A stretch of DNA of 63,997 nucleotides, filler included, from Basidiobolus ranarum (taxonomy: Eukaryota): the NCBI GenBank assembly GCA_040143965.1. It is 6 parts of 6 records of this genome, joined end to end, with 100 filler letters (N's around TTAATTAATTAA, not from the genome) between each part and the next. Parts side by side here need not be neighbours in the genome. Positions count along the whole stretch, not along the records: positions 21,889 to 32,714 come from JASJQH010000663.1; positions 32,815 to 43,634 come from JASJQH010000664.1; 4 more parts are not named here. One strand, 5' to 3'. Below the pieces are notes generated by a model. That model saw only the letters and a list, made by a program, of their open reading frames with translations, was not told the DNA's origin and made no database searches. The translations under genes and the position numbers were made by a program. Positions 23,454-34,725 of the stretch are shown piece by piece. How positions within the stretch are numbered: position 1 is the stretch's first letter; each line of letters opens with the position of its first letter.

Positions 23454-24396
23454 ATGGTAACCTTTTTTGATGAGATCAATAAGGGCTATGCTGACTGGAT
23501 TGAAAAGCAAAAGGTCTATTATGTGGCCTCGGCTCCATTAGATCCCAAAGGTCATGTGAATGTGTCACCCAAGGTAAAGTCAAGTATTTTATTTGTCAGA
23601 ATGCTCTTACGTTACTTCATTTTAGCTACGACATTATCTCTCTATTTATACTAACAATTGAACTTTCTCTGTCTTCTTTTTTCTTAGGGCTACGATAGCT
23701 TCCGTATTCTGAACCCTAATAAAGTTGCATACTTGGAGTTGTCAGGTAAAAATTACCCTAACTACATTATAATAGTATTACTATAACTTTCACAATCTGA
23801 CTTGCTATTGGAGTTCTCCTTTCACTCATTCTTTTCAAAATATTTCGTAAAAAGTACTCTAATGTGTAATTTTTTTCACTTTGTTAGGTTCTGGCATTGA
23901 AACCCAGAGTCATGTTAAAGAGAACGGAAGACTCACTATTATGTTTGCAGCCATGGAAGGTGCACCACGCATTCTCCGTCTATGGTCTTTTGCGAAAGTT
24001 TACCAAGTTGGTACACCTGAATACGAGGAAATACTCCAAGAACATTTCGCTGGTTCTGAATTACTGGGTAATCCTGGTCTTCGTTCTATTATTGTCGCTG
24101 ACGTGTACAAGGTTGGTTCAAGTTGTGGCTTTGGTGTACCCTTCTTTGAGTATAAGGAACCTCGTAACACCCTCGTAACCTATTATGGAAAGAAAACAAT
24201 GGATCAAGTTAAGGAAAGCTGGAAGAAGAATCGCAGTAGTCTCGATGGTCTGCCAGGTATGAACATCGATGATGAGCCATCTTCTCAAAAGAAAAATTCG
24301 CAACTTAAACTCCCCAAGAACAGTATCAGTCTCGCAGCAGCATTTGGAGCAGGAGTTGCTGCTACAATGATCGCTGTCAAGTACTTTAATCTTTAA
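23454..24396 (+). CDS. Pyridoxamine 5'-phosphate oxidase-like FMN-binding (split-barrel) protein with C-terminal hydrophobic anchor, 3 exons
   Basis: Exons ~23454-23573, 23688-23745, 23888-24396. Motifs: YYVASAPLDPKGHVNVSPK/GYDSFRILNPNKVAYLELSG/SGIETQSHVKENGRLTIMFAAMEGAPRILRLW and SSCGFGVPFF. Confidence 0.85.
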
Positions 24397-25341
24397 TAAA
24401 GGATGATGTAATATAGGAGCAATCCTTTGTATGAATTGATTTTCGAAATTGTAAACAAATCTTCATTTTCTTTACATGTTACTGGAGACCCATGGTATCA
24501 GTCATTGTTAGATTCATGCCCAGTCAACGGCACTAATGGTGATAAACAGATTGCATTGTTGCTTCGGTTGATACTCTGCCCATCTCTGCTGTGCAATTTT
24601 ATATCCGAACCCCCACTGATGATGTTCCAGTTGGGATAGCTTGACATGTAGATTCGGCTTAATGCACAGAGTATCCCATTGAACACATATGGAGTGTTGT
24701 GATTTTTGCAATTTGAAAATGTTTAATCATTGAACTAGCTATTAGGTGAGCATTGCTGCAATATTGTAAGATAAGCAATAATATAACTGATATAAATACC
24801 ACTCACTACATTCATATCTTGTGTAAAAAAGAAATGGAATCTGCACTGGTAAAATTGCTTTTCTGCTGTATTTTGAAGCAATTGAATTAAGTTAATTCGA
24901 GAGTTTTTGTGTTTGGTGTTGTAAATATAGTCAGGTTATTTTGATGACTATTTCTAATTAATGCAAGACATAAATGGTGAGTGAAATCTACGAAGTAGCT
25001 ATTTCAAGTAATTGCATAACTTTATATGTCACTAAAATACAACATGGAACTTGAAGTAACTACATTAGACAATGGGTCACTTGCTGCTTCTCACGGGAAT
25101 ATGGCAATCACGTTGATCAGAGAAGTTCTAGTTAATCGCCGGAGATTACATTAGACAATACAAAGCTAATTCCGTAGTCCGGAAGCATAAGTATGCATTC
25201 TCAGAGCTCTATATAACCAGAAACAGAACCAAAAATAAATAGTATTGTCCTTCAACTAAATTGGGAGTAAAATCACATACTTTTATCAACCAGCCCATAC
25301 TTCAGCCCATACTTCCCGCTCTATCGAAATCCAAGTGAAAA

Positions 25342-26529
25342 ATGTACTTCTCCGCAATCAAGTTGCTCTTTATTCTTTCATCTGCTTCGGTTATCTCTGG
25401 AGCCAGTGTTGCTGAGAGAGATTACTCTCCTTCTCATCACAGTAATCAGTATGAAGTAAGTAAGGATTGGGACAACAGAGAGCATCCAGGATGGAGGAAC
25501 GACGAAGATGAATATGACAGTCGCCATAGTGACTATCACAATGGAAACGATAAGGATTATGAAAAACACTATGATATTGAGCATGATGACTACGAACGGG
25601 GCGGTAACAGATACGAAGATCGTCATGATAGATACAGAAATGGATCTCATCATGATAAAGAGGATTGGGACTATGATAATGAAGATAGTAGAAATGGTCG
25701 AGACCATTATATTGATGATAATATCCCCTCTGGAGATGATATTAGTGAAGGTAACGGGTCATCAAACTCTGGCTCGCCGTCTGGTGGTGATGGTGATGCA
25801 CCAAACGGTCAAGAAAATGTTGATCCAGCAGCTGGAAACAAAGATATTACAAAGCCAGGAGGTTCACCTGCTGGAGATAAGACGAACATCCGTGATGGGA
25901 ATGAGTGCCACGGGAATCTTATCGATGGACATATAGGTGTACTGGATATCAAAGCAAATGTTTGCCTTGGTTTGGATTTGACTGGCAATATTATCAACAA
26001 TGACCAAAGTACATCATCTCCCGGAGTTCCTAGTGGCATCACTGAGGGTATAACAAGTGGTGTTCCTGCAGGTAAATCAAATGGCTTACCTGGGGGTTCC
26101 GGTGGTGATACTATCCCTAATGGTCCTAACACTCCTAAATCACCTGGGGCACCTGCTGGAGATGCCGAACGTTTGCAAAATGGTACGCCTGGAGCTCCTA
26201 GTTCCCTTGGTAACCTCAATAATCCAGCCAATCAAGGTGGGGATTCATCCAGCACAAACTCTGGTCGCTGCGAAGATATTGCTGTCAAGGTTCGTCAATT
26301 GTTGGGAATCAATGCCGATGCTGTTGTGTGCCTTGACGGACTGATTAGAGTTGATACTCGCGATCGCTCTAACACTGGTCTGGGTGGTCTTTTACCAGGA
26401 GTATTGAATAGTGGTGACGACGGAAAACGTCGACGTGAGATCTGTGAGACAATTAAAGTACATGCTAACATACTTGGAATCACAGTGGATGCAGTCATAT
26501 GCTTGCCTGAGATTATGATAAGAGTGTAG
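25342..26529 (+). CDS. Secreted low-complexity protein with three Cys-bracketed hydrophobic repeats
   Basis: Signal peptide MYFSAIKLLFILSSASVISG, D/H/R/Y-rich tract, G/P/S/N-rich linkers, three C...VCL/ICL repeats. Confidence 0.85.
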   Translation: MYFSAIKLLFILSSASVISGASVAERDYSPSHHSNQYEVSKDWDNREHPGWRNDEDEYDSRHSDYHNGNDKDYEKHYDIEHDDYERGGNRYEDRHDRYRNGSHHDKEDWDYDNEDSRNGRDHYIDDNIPSGDDISEGNGSSNSGSPSGGDGDAPNGQENVDPAAGNKDITKPGGSPAGDKTNIRDGNECHGNLIDGHIGVLDIKANVCLGLDLTGNIINNDQSTSSPGVPSGITEGITSGVPAGKSNGLPGGSGGDTIPNGPNTPKSPGAPAGDAERLQNGTPGAPSSLGNLNNPANQGGDSSSTNSGRCEDIAVKVRQLLGINADAVVCLDGLIRVDTRDRSNTGLGGLLPGVLNSGDDGKRRREICETIKVHANILGITVDAVICLPEIMIRV

Positions 26530-27397
26530 TTCACATATTTCTCAACAAGATTCCTTAATACCCTCAAATAATGTAGCCTAAATAATCTTCATTATATTCC
26601 ATTTTATCGGCCTTAAATAGATTGTTCAGTCTATCCCAAGTCATGGTCGAATATTTTTAATAAAATCACTGCTGGCCTCTAACCCACTCAGAAGTTCAAG
26701 TAATTACTTTTTAATGCGACAATCATGGCTTTATTTTACACTTTCAATGGCAAGTTAGCGTAACCGAAATAGAATGTTAGATAAGCCTTTATGCCAATTG
26801 AGAATAATACCAGTAATGACTACTTTTTGTTGAAATTAGATAAATCTGAGGCATTCAGAATTTTGTATAACATGTAATCAAAAACTTACTAATGAATGGT
26901 TTGATAATGATACTTCGGTTTAGAATAGAATAATATACATCATTAGGGGTAACTGGTTTACTAAGGCATCAATTCACCACTTGCTAGCCAAAACGATCTA
27001 CTAAATTGATTAATCGGAAACGAGATCAATTCATCTAAACTATAGCATTTGAGAAGGAAACCATTCTCATCAATTAGAGAAAAAAACGCTGAACCTTTTT
27101 TTTCACGAAATTCCGAATTTTATTAGATATGAAAGAAATACCAATCCTAATATACTAACAAGAACACAATATAATCATGCATTTTATACCATAATTTAAT
27201 CAAATCTCCAATCAACTAACCTCACCAACCAAACAAAAATCTTTAGAGTAAAAAAGGGAACTGTTACGGAGAGATGAAATAAGAAAAGAAAAAAAAATCC
27301 ATTCCATTGACAAAACCAAAGTTCATTTTTTCTACCAGAATTTTAAGTTTTCTTCGTTCAAAGAAAAATCATTTAGACCGTTTAGAAGACTTCCAAT

Positions 27398-28419
27398 ATG
27401 GTATGAGAAAAGGATATTATATATACTTTAATTCCCCCCCCCACAGTCCATCTATTTTATCCTATATGTCTTCTAGAATTATTCTCACTTGACTTCTCAA
27501 TGCTTCGTAGTAATGGTGATACTAACTGTAATTTACTCATTCAATAGCCTCAAAACGAACACATAGAAGAGTCCATCAAGCGACATGGACGTCGTATGGA
27601 TCATGAAGAGCGCAAGTATGTTTTACTTTTATTTCTTCTTACGACCCTTTTTCTTTTTCAAACAATCGGAAATCCAGTCGTTAACAAATTATCAATAATC
27701 TTAATAGACGTAAGAAGGAGGCTCGTGAAGTTCACAAGAATGCCGCTTATGCTCAAAAGATTCACGGCTTGAAGGCTAAAATGTACAATAAGAAACGTCA
27801 TTCGGAGAAGATCCAAATGAAGAAGGCTATCAAGCAACACGAAGAGAAATCAGCCAAACAAAAGAGTGACGATGCTGTACCTACTGGAGCCGTACCAGCA
27901 TATCTTTTGGATCGTGACGGTGAGAAACGTGCTAAGGTCCTTTCAAATATGGTGAAACAAAAGAGAAAGGAAAAGGCTGGTAAATGGAACGTACCTTTAC
28001 CTAAAGTACGTGGTATTGCTGAAGATGAGATGTTTAAAGTTATCAAAACTGGTAAGAGCAAGGGCAAACAGTGGAAGAGAATGGTCACAAAGGCTACCTT
28101 CGTTGGTGACGGTTTCACCCGTAAACCTCCCAAGTATGAACGCTTCATTAGACCTATGGCTCTCCGTTACAAGAAAGCTCACGTTACTCATCCGGAACTT
28201 GGTGCCACATTCCATCTGCCCATTATCGGTGTGAAGAAGAACCCACAAAGTCCATTCTTCACTCAACTTGGTGTTCTTACTAAGGGTACAGTGATCGAAG
28301 TCAACGTCAGTGAACTGGGTCTCGTAACAACTGGTGGTAAGGTGGTATGGGGTAAATATGCCCAGATCACCAATAACCCCGAAAATGATGGATGTATCAA
28401 TGCGGTCCTTCTTGTATAA
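27398..28419 (+). CDS. NSA2: Ribosome biogenesis protein NSA2 (3 coding exons; the first is only the ATG)
   Basis: ATG|gtatga intron, then [23 protein letters not shown], second intron, ...[15 protein letters not shown]...[16 protein letters not shown]. Confidence 0.96.
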
Positions 28420-28637
28420 CTTTATTTATCTATTCTCATTTGCCTTTTTGTCCTCTTTTCAAATTGTGTAATTAAATAAACAACAATTCTTGGTTCTCTT
28501 TTTTTTATTAACTGATGTTGATGCTAAACAACGCTAAGCCATTTACCACCTCCCCCCCTAATGTATTCAGTCTAGAAAGCTCAATAAACTCTTCATTTAT
28601 AATAATCTTTTTTTGATTTCTCGTATACGTCTAGTTT

Positions 28638-29636
28638 TCAATATACATATGGAATGATGATTTTTCGATTTTTGGGATACTTGTCGGGGAATCTCGAATG
28701 GTACCAACCATGCGTTTCTCTAGCTATAATGCTTAGATTGATAAACACCCAAAAGAAGCCCAATCCCATGGTGATGTTAGAAAGGCCGACCAACAACCAA
28801 AGGGAGAAATAAATCATGATTTCGCCAAAGTAATGTCCACCAGTGACATATTCGAACAAGTCACCTCTAGGTAGAAAGTATTTTGGTGGTCCAGGCTTAA
28901 CTTCGGAAGAACCAGCTCGTAAATTGGATAAAATTACATGACAACGATATTGTCGATACGAAAAATATCCAAATATCATGGTACTTAGTAACATAATCAT
29001 CACTTCAATAAACGAAGGATTCCAAGAGAGTTGAGGGACAGCTATAAATATATTAGGTTAATAAAATTCTCGTTTTACTTCAGGTGGTTTTTTCTACTTA
29101 CACGTACTATACACTCCCAAATTCCCGGCTGCTTCTAACCATACTGATAGACTTATTGCTAAATAAAAACATAGCCCTACAAGATAATGACCAAGATGCA
29201 TGGTTGCAGTGGAGGGTTTTTCAACGAACAAAACTTCATAAGATCTACGAGTTAATTGTACTTGAGTTAAGAGTAAAGCGTATAATGCTCTCTCTGGTGA
29301 ACCACTAAATTCAACTTCAACTGGAGTATCCAATTTGGGTAAAATGTTCAACAAGAACCACTTTTTAGAGAACGATAACCAGCTAATAAACTCCAATATT
29401 AACCACAAGTTCCAAATAAACCCAAAGATGTAGAAGTGTTGAAACCATCGTTTGGGTACTTGAATACTACGTAAAGTGTCAATCCAAGTGCCCTCATACT
29501 TCCTTGAAACGTTTTTACCCTCATTAAGTTTACCATAATCTAATATGGAATGACGCAGTTGTGGAAATATCGAAGCACATATGGCCGAAGTGGTGATAAG
29601 CACGTAACCAAAACGAACCAAGTAGAGGAGATACAT
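28638..29636 (-). CDS. DFG10: Polyprenol reductase (DFG10/SRD5A3-like, steroid 5-alpha-reductase family), 2 exons
   Basis: DYGKL, VPKRWFQHFY, MHLGHYLVGLCFY, QYRCHVILSNLR, HYFGEIMIY, ARETHGWY, RKIIIPYVY; intron ~29042-29101. Confidence 0.88.
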
Positions 29637-30016
29637 AGCTTAGTAAGGTGGTGATTTGAATTAATGAACCTTTACAAATATGAATCTTCACAACCGATGA
29701 AGCTACCCTAAATTAGGAATTTTCTTGGTTAATTATATTGTATTACTTCTTACCAATCCTAATCCTAACTCATAAAGCCACCGCCACCGCTTATTTTCGT
29801 GTTTGACAATAATAAATGAATAACAATGACTATCTCTGACCAGTAGTCATCGATGGTCATCATCCACGCATTCAGATTTCTTGGACTGGCTAGTGCCAAA
29901 ATTCCCTCCGATATCACCACCCCCGCAGTAAAAATAGTTGAACCGTGGGTAAATGTGTGGGTATATAATCAGAATGAAAGAGAAACAGAAAGATACAGAA
30001 TCAATCCTATACAAAC

Positions 30017-30796
30017 ATGTCTACAAACCAAGATTTTACTCCCACCTCTTCTCGTTCGATCAACAAGATCAAGAGGATGCCTGAACGTGCAAATTACGAC
30101 AAACCCACCATCTATAGTATACTTGATGAAGGTTTAATCGCTCACGTTGGTTTCTCATTACCTTACTCCATTGAAGACCCACCACAAGAACCGGAAGATT
30201 GGCCTTTGGTAATGCCCATGGCGTATTCCCGTATTGATGATACTGTCTATCTGCATGGCTATGTCAGTGGAAGAATGATAAAGGCGTTGGGCCCTCGTGA
30301 TCCAAACGCCCCTAAACCTAAAGTTACCATAACCGTCACTCATTTAGACGGCATCGTGTATGCTATTAATCCTTTCCATAATTCTTTCAATTATCGCTCA
30401 GCTTGTGTCTTTGGGTATGGCAGATTAGTGACTGATCCAGAAGAAAAGACACTGGTTTTAAAAGCCATTACGAATCAAGCCTCTGGCTGCTTCCTCCCAA
30501 AACATCTTAACCTAGATGCAGGTGAGACCGCTGATAGATGGAGTGATAGTAAGCAACCAGGTAAAATCGATATGCAAAGTACTGGAGTGATCGCCGTACA
30601 GATTGAGTCTGGTAGTGCGAAAATTCGATCTGGGGGCCCTAAAGACGATGCAAAGGACGTTGTGAGTGAAGAGCTTACTCAACAAATATGGTCTGGAGTT
30701 TTACCAATCCGTTCAGTATATGGGCCTGCTGAATCTGCGGAATATACTAAGGCCCCCGTACCAGAATTCATCGAAACATTAACCAAGCATAAATAA
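30017..30796 (+). CDS. Flavin-nucleotide-binding split-barrel protein (PNPOx-like/NimA-related family), intronless
   Basis: KRMPERANYD, ILDEGLIAHVGF, VYLHG, VTITVTHLDGIV, FHNSFNYRSACVFG, SAKIRSGGPKDD, WSGVLP. Confidence 0.88.
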   Translation: MSTNQDFTPTSSRSINKIKRMPERANYDKPTIYSILDEGLIAHVGFSLPYSIEDPPQEPEDWPLVMPMAYSRIDDTVYLHGYVSGRMIKALGPRDPNAPKPKVTITVTHLDGIVYAINPFHNSFNYRSACVFGYGRLVTDPEEKTLVLKAITNQASGCFLPKHLNLDAGETADRWSDSKQPGKIDMQSTGVIAVQIESGSAKIRSGGPKDDAKDVVSEELTQQIWSGVLPIRSVYGPAESAEYTKAPVPEFIETLTKHK

Positions 30797-31663
30797 GGAA
30801 TATATTATTGGAGTGTAAATTGAACTAACTAAGAATTGGCGATCTTTTATTTGTGCGATTGTGATTAAACATGAGAATGTAATATAGCAATAAATGGTTT
30901 AATATGTGATTTCAAGAACCCTACGATTTGGCCATATTTTCACATTAGTAACAAATGCTCCAAGTCTGGGTTATCGCTCTACACTTTACTGATTGACATG
31001 GTAAACTTGTATAGCATTAGCTACAGTATTTAGTCTGAAAAGTACAATTGAAGTAGTGATATATACCTATGACCAGAGTTCCTGAATGTCTAAATAAGAT
31101 AAATATATATTTTAAGCTGAACTACTCAAGGATTTAGATTGCAATGGAGTAGCTAATTTAGCTATTCTAGAAGTAATAGTTATATATTATCAATCTAAGC
31201 CAAGAGTGTTATATTCAACTAGAATATCTGGATCATTGATAATTGGAAGAATTTATTTAGAATAGAAGAATCATTCCCTATAAAAGAATGATCTCCCTTA
31301 AGGTTGGATGATACACAATTGCAAATAATGTTATCTTGAGGAATTCGAGCGTCTGAAAATCATCCTGTGCCACCTGTGCCAGAATAACTTGATGTACTTA
31401 CCATCTGCACTCATGTCATATAATTTTGCTCTTATTGCCAATCAAAGATATACAATATATTCCCTCAGATTATGTCGTATCGTAATTGGTGCAGTATCGG
31501 CCAGTATAAGCTAACCGAAGGATCGTCTCATTTATCATTGAAAAAATGCCTTGATTTAAAATCACACTGACCGATTCCTATCTAACTTGATCTGGTTAGG
31601 ATTAGATCAAGTGGCACACCTACCTATCAATTATCGTGACATGCTCATTTCTCTCCCTCAAAT

Positions 31664-32056
31664 TTAACCTACCACTCTTGCCACCAACTTAGGGTAAGCA
31701 TGTAGTGAACTCTGCGGTGAACCATCATATTCAACTGCAACTGGAGTATCCAATTTTAGTAAAATGTTCAACAAGAGCCACTTTTTAGAGAACGATAACC
31801 AGTTAGTAAATTCCAATATTAACCATAAGTTCCAAATAAGCCCCAAGATGTAGAAATGTTGAAACCATTGTTTGGGTACTTGAATGATACGTAAAGTGTC
31901 AATCCAAGTATCCTCGTACTTCTTTAATAAATCTCTACGCTCATTAAGTTTACCATAATCTAAGATGGACTGACGCAGTTGTGGAAATATCGAAATACAT
32001 ATGCTCGAAGTAATAATAAGCACGTAGCCAAAACGAGCCAAGTAGAGGAGATACAT
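31664..32056 (-). pseudogene. 3'-truncated duplicate of DFG10
   Basis: First ~113 codons closely parallel 29636-29296 (MYLLYLARFGYVLI...VPKQWFQHFY), then similarity stops abruptly; the catalytic C-terminal half is absent. Confidence 0.85.
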
Positions 32057-32439
32057 AGCTTAGTAAGGTGGTGATTTGAATTAATGAACCTCTACAAATA
32101 CGAATCTCCATAACCGATGAAGCTGCTCCTAAATCTGGATTATTCTTGGTTAATTGCATTTGTATTACTTCTTACTAGTCCCAATCCTCATCCTAACCTT
32201 CTTCCTAACCCATAAAGCCACCGCCACCGCTTATTTTCGTATTTGACGGCAATAAACGAATAACAATGACTGCCTTTGAGCCGTAGTCATCGATGGTCAT
32301 CACTCCTCATGCTTCCAGATTCCTTGGATAGGCGTCAAAAACTCCCTCCGAACACTTCACCCCCGTAGTAAAAAAGTTGAACCGTGGGTAAATATGTGAG
32401 TATAAAATCAGAATGAAAGAGAAACAGACTCATACAACA

Positions 32440-32714
32440 ATGTCTACAAACCAAGATTTCACTCCCACCTCTTCTCGTTCGATCAACAAGATCAAGAGGG
32501 TGACTCAACAAGCAAATTATGACAAACCCACCATCTATAGCATACTTGATGAAGGACTGATCGCTCACGTTGGTTTCTCGTTACCTTACTCCATTGAAGA
32601 CCCACCACAGGAGCTGGAAGATTGGCCTTTGGTGATGCCCATGGCTTATTCCCGTATTGATGATACTGTCTACTTGCATGGCTATGTCAGTGGAAGAATG
32701 ATAAAGGCGTTGGG
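32440..32714 (+). CDS. Second copy of the flavin-binding protein gene, truncated by contig edge
   Basis: MSTNQDFTPTSSRSINKIKRVTQQANYDKPTIYSILDEGLIAHVGF..., near-identical to 30017-30292. Confidence 0.85.
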
Positions 32715-32814
32715 NNNNNNNNNNNNNNNNNNNNNNNNNNNNNNNNNNNNNNNNNNNNTTAATTAATTAANNNNNNNNNNNNNNNNNNNNNNNNNNNNNN
32801 NNNNNNNNNNNNNN
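32715..32814. other. Artificial contig-joining spacer
   Basis: N44-TTAATTAATTAA-N44. Confidence 0.98.
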
Positions 32815-33197
32815 CACTGATCTGTTACATCCTAGTATACCAACTCCTGAATATGTCAAACAATAGATTTACTTCTCTACTGTATAAGTGACCATATTCT
32901 CTTGAGAATAAAGTAACTAAAAACACTATCAAAAGTTGCCTCCAATATAAAAGTCTATCCCCATTATGTCAAGATCCTCCAGCAACTTCAATAAAGATAA
33001 CATCCTGATCAGCAGTAGGTACTTCAATGTGGTTTATTTCATCCACTAAAATAGGTATTAAGTTAATGAATTATCTTCTTAGAGACATTGTGTTGGCAGC
33101 ATATCATATTTGGTAGAAGTCTCCCAAGGCTTTCCATACTTTCTTGGCGGTTTCGCTCATAAGCATTGAATTAGTAACTATCAGAGAACTAGAGATA

Positions 33198-33474
33198 TTG
33201 TTGATTTCACTTATTGAGCAGAAAGTTGACATTTATAGTTTTGTCAAGATGTAGATAATCAAACATGTAGAATGTGCTAAGGAAGGTCCTAGAAATATGT
33301 GTGCAAAGTTTGGTGCTTCTTTGAAAAATCTATATATCTGAGAGCTTCTAAGTAGGAATATTCTAAGTAAATTCCAATTGAGGACAATGGGTAATATCTT
33401 AGTGAAATATAGGATCACTAAATACTAAGATATATATGACTATACAGGTGTTTAGGCAATGCTAATTTCAACAG
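33198..33474 (-). mobile_element. Solo arm of the foldback/MITE family
   Basis: Ends ...ggtgtttaggcaatgctaatttcaacag followed by TA; matches the right arm of 22240-22797. Confidence 0.8.
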
Positions 33475-34101
33475 TATCCACATCAAATATGAATTTCGAA
33501 TATTTCTCCCATGACACCCACGCAAGGTCTATATTTGGGTTTGGACTGTATATTTGATTACTACACAGTTTGGAACTAGGATGGGGTTACAAAATCAGAT
33601 ATCAGCAGGCCCCATATAAGCAACGATTAAGAAGTATTCGCTACTCAAGTCTTAAAAGCAACCTATCTCATGGGTTGCACACTGGAGATATTACGGCTAA
33701 TCTCAAGTCTTTCATGATAAGGCAAATCAGTTTATCAGTATTGATGTATGCAAATGGTTGCAAGTGGTTATCTAACTAAATACTCTCTGTAAGATGGAAA
33801 TCAAGGACAACGATGCTTGCACACTCAAGAAATCAAATATCTCACACTTTATTGAGGCAACAATATAAAACTATAGGACAAATTTAAGAGTATTATAAAT
33901 CTAGACATATTAGTGACTTTCCATAGATCTCGCCAATATACTGAAGATTTACATATATTAAACGGTTGAATATTTATCTGAACTCACCTTTCAACGAAAT
34001 TAAAGTCTTCAACTAACAGTGGCAAGGACAATTCCTAAGGGTCCGTTTGATAGTTTATTATGTGTGGTAAAGTAACTGCTAAAATGAAAAAGTAAGCCAA
34101 T

Positions 34102-34725
34102 TCAGACTTCCGCTTTCATCTTGTGCTCCTCAAATTCTTGAGCATCAAAGTCCAACTGTGGCACTCCATCTCTCATCGACAAAATCCTGCGCCTGGCGTT
34201 AACAAACCAATCGTTCACTTTCTTTACCGCAAGTCCAGTCTTCTGGCATAGTGCCAGCTTCTCTGCTTGAGTTGGATACGGATTATCCGCATGTTCAAGC
34301 AGCCATTGCATAAGAATCTCTCGGATCTCTGGCGAATGGTTTGATCTCCTCTTTCCTTTCTTCTCTGGTTGTGGGTTATCGTCAGTACTCCGTTCTCCTA
34401 TAGCACGTGAGACCTCGTGGCTAACAGTCTGCAATGTAGTGGTGATTGTACTCTCCGTTATCAAGAAGCAGTTCGAAAGCTCCAGAATATGATACGTCAA
34501 GGTAGTTAGTAAGTTCAGCAAGTATTGAGTATTCGGGTCCAGCGGAGACATCTTGTGAAAGTAATGGATAGGCGGAATAAGGCTATCTAGTGATTCATTC
34601 ATAATTGCCTCTGCCGTATCCAAATCTCTGGCTGTACTAAGTTGAGAACGCCAAAACGCAGCCTTTAGGACAAGTGAAAACAGTGGGTGCATTTCCAACT
34701 CACCTCGGATTTGAGTCAAGTTCAT
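34102..34725 (-). CDS. TALE-class (Homeobox_KN) homeodomain transcription factor
   Basis: KKGKRRSNHSPEIREILMQWLLEHADNPYPTQAEKLALCQKTGLAVKKVNDWFVNARRR, with the PYP loop and WF.NARRR helix 3. Confidence 0.9.
   Translation of the reverse strand: MNLTQIRGELEMHPLFSLVLKAAFWRSQLSTARDLDTAEAIMNESLDSLIPPIHYFHKMSPLDPNTQYLLNLLTTLTYHILELSNCFLITESTITTTLQTVSHEVSRAIGERSTDDNPQPEKKGKRRSNHSPEIREILMQWLLEHADNPYPTQAEKLALCQKTGLAVKKVNDWFVNARRRILSMRDGVPQLDFDAQEFEEHKMKAEV

Noticed and set aside
25378-26567. Several ORFs overlapping the secreted protein gene
   Set aside because: Alternative-frame shadows of low-complexity coding sequence.
32413-32766. ORFs running into X tracts (also 43683-43955, 54595-54864)
   Set aside because: Ends are artefacts of translating N spacers; true genes are truncated.
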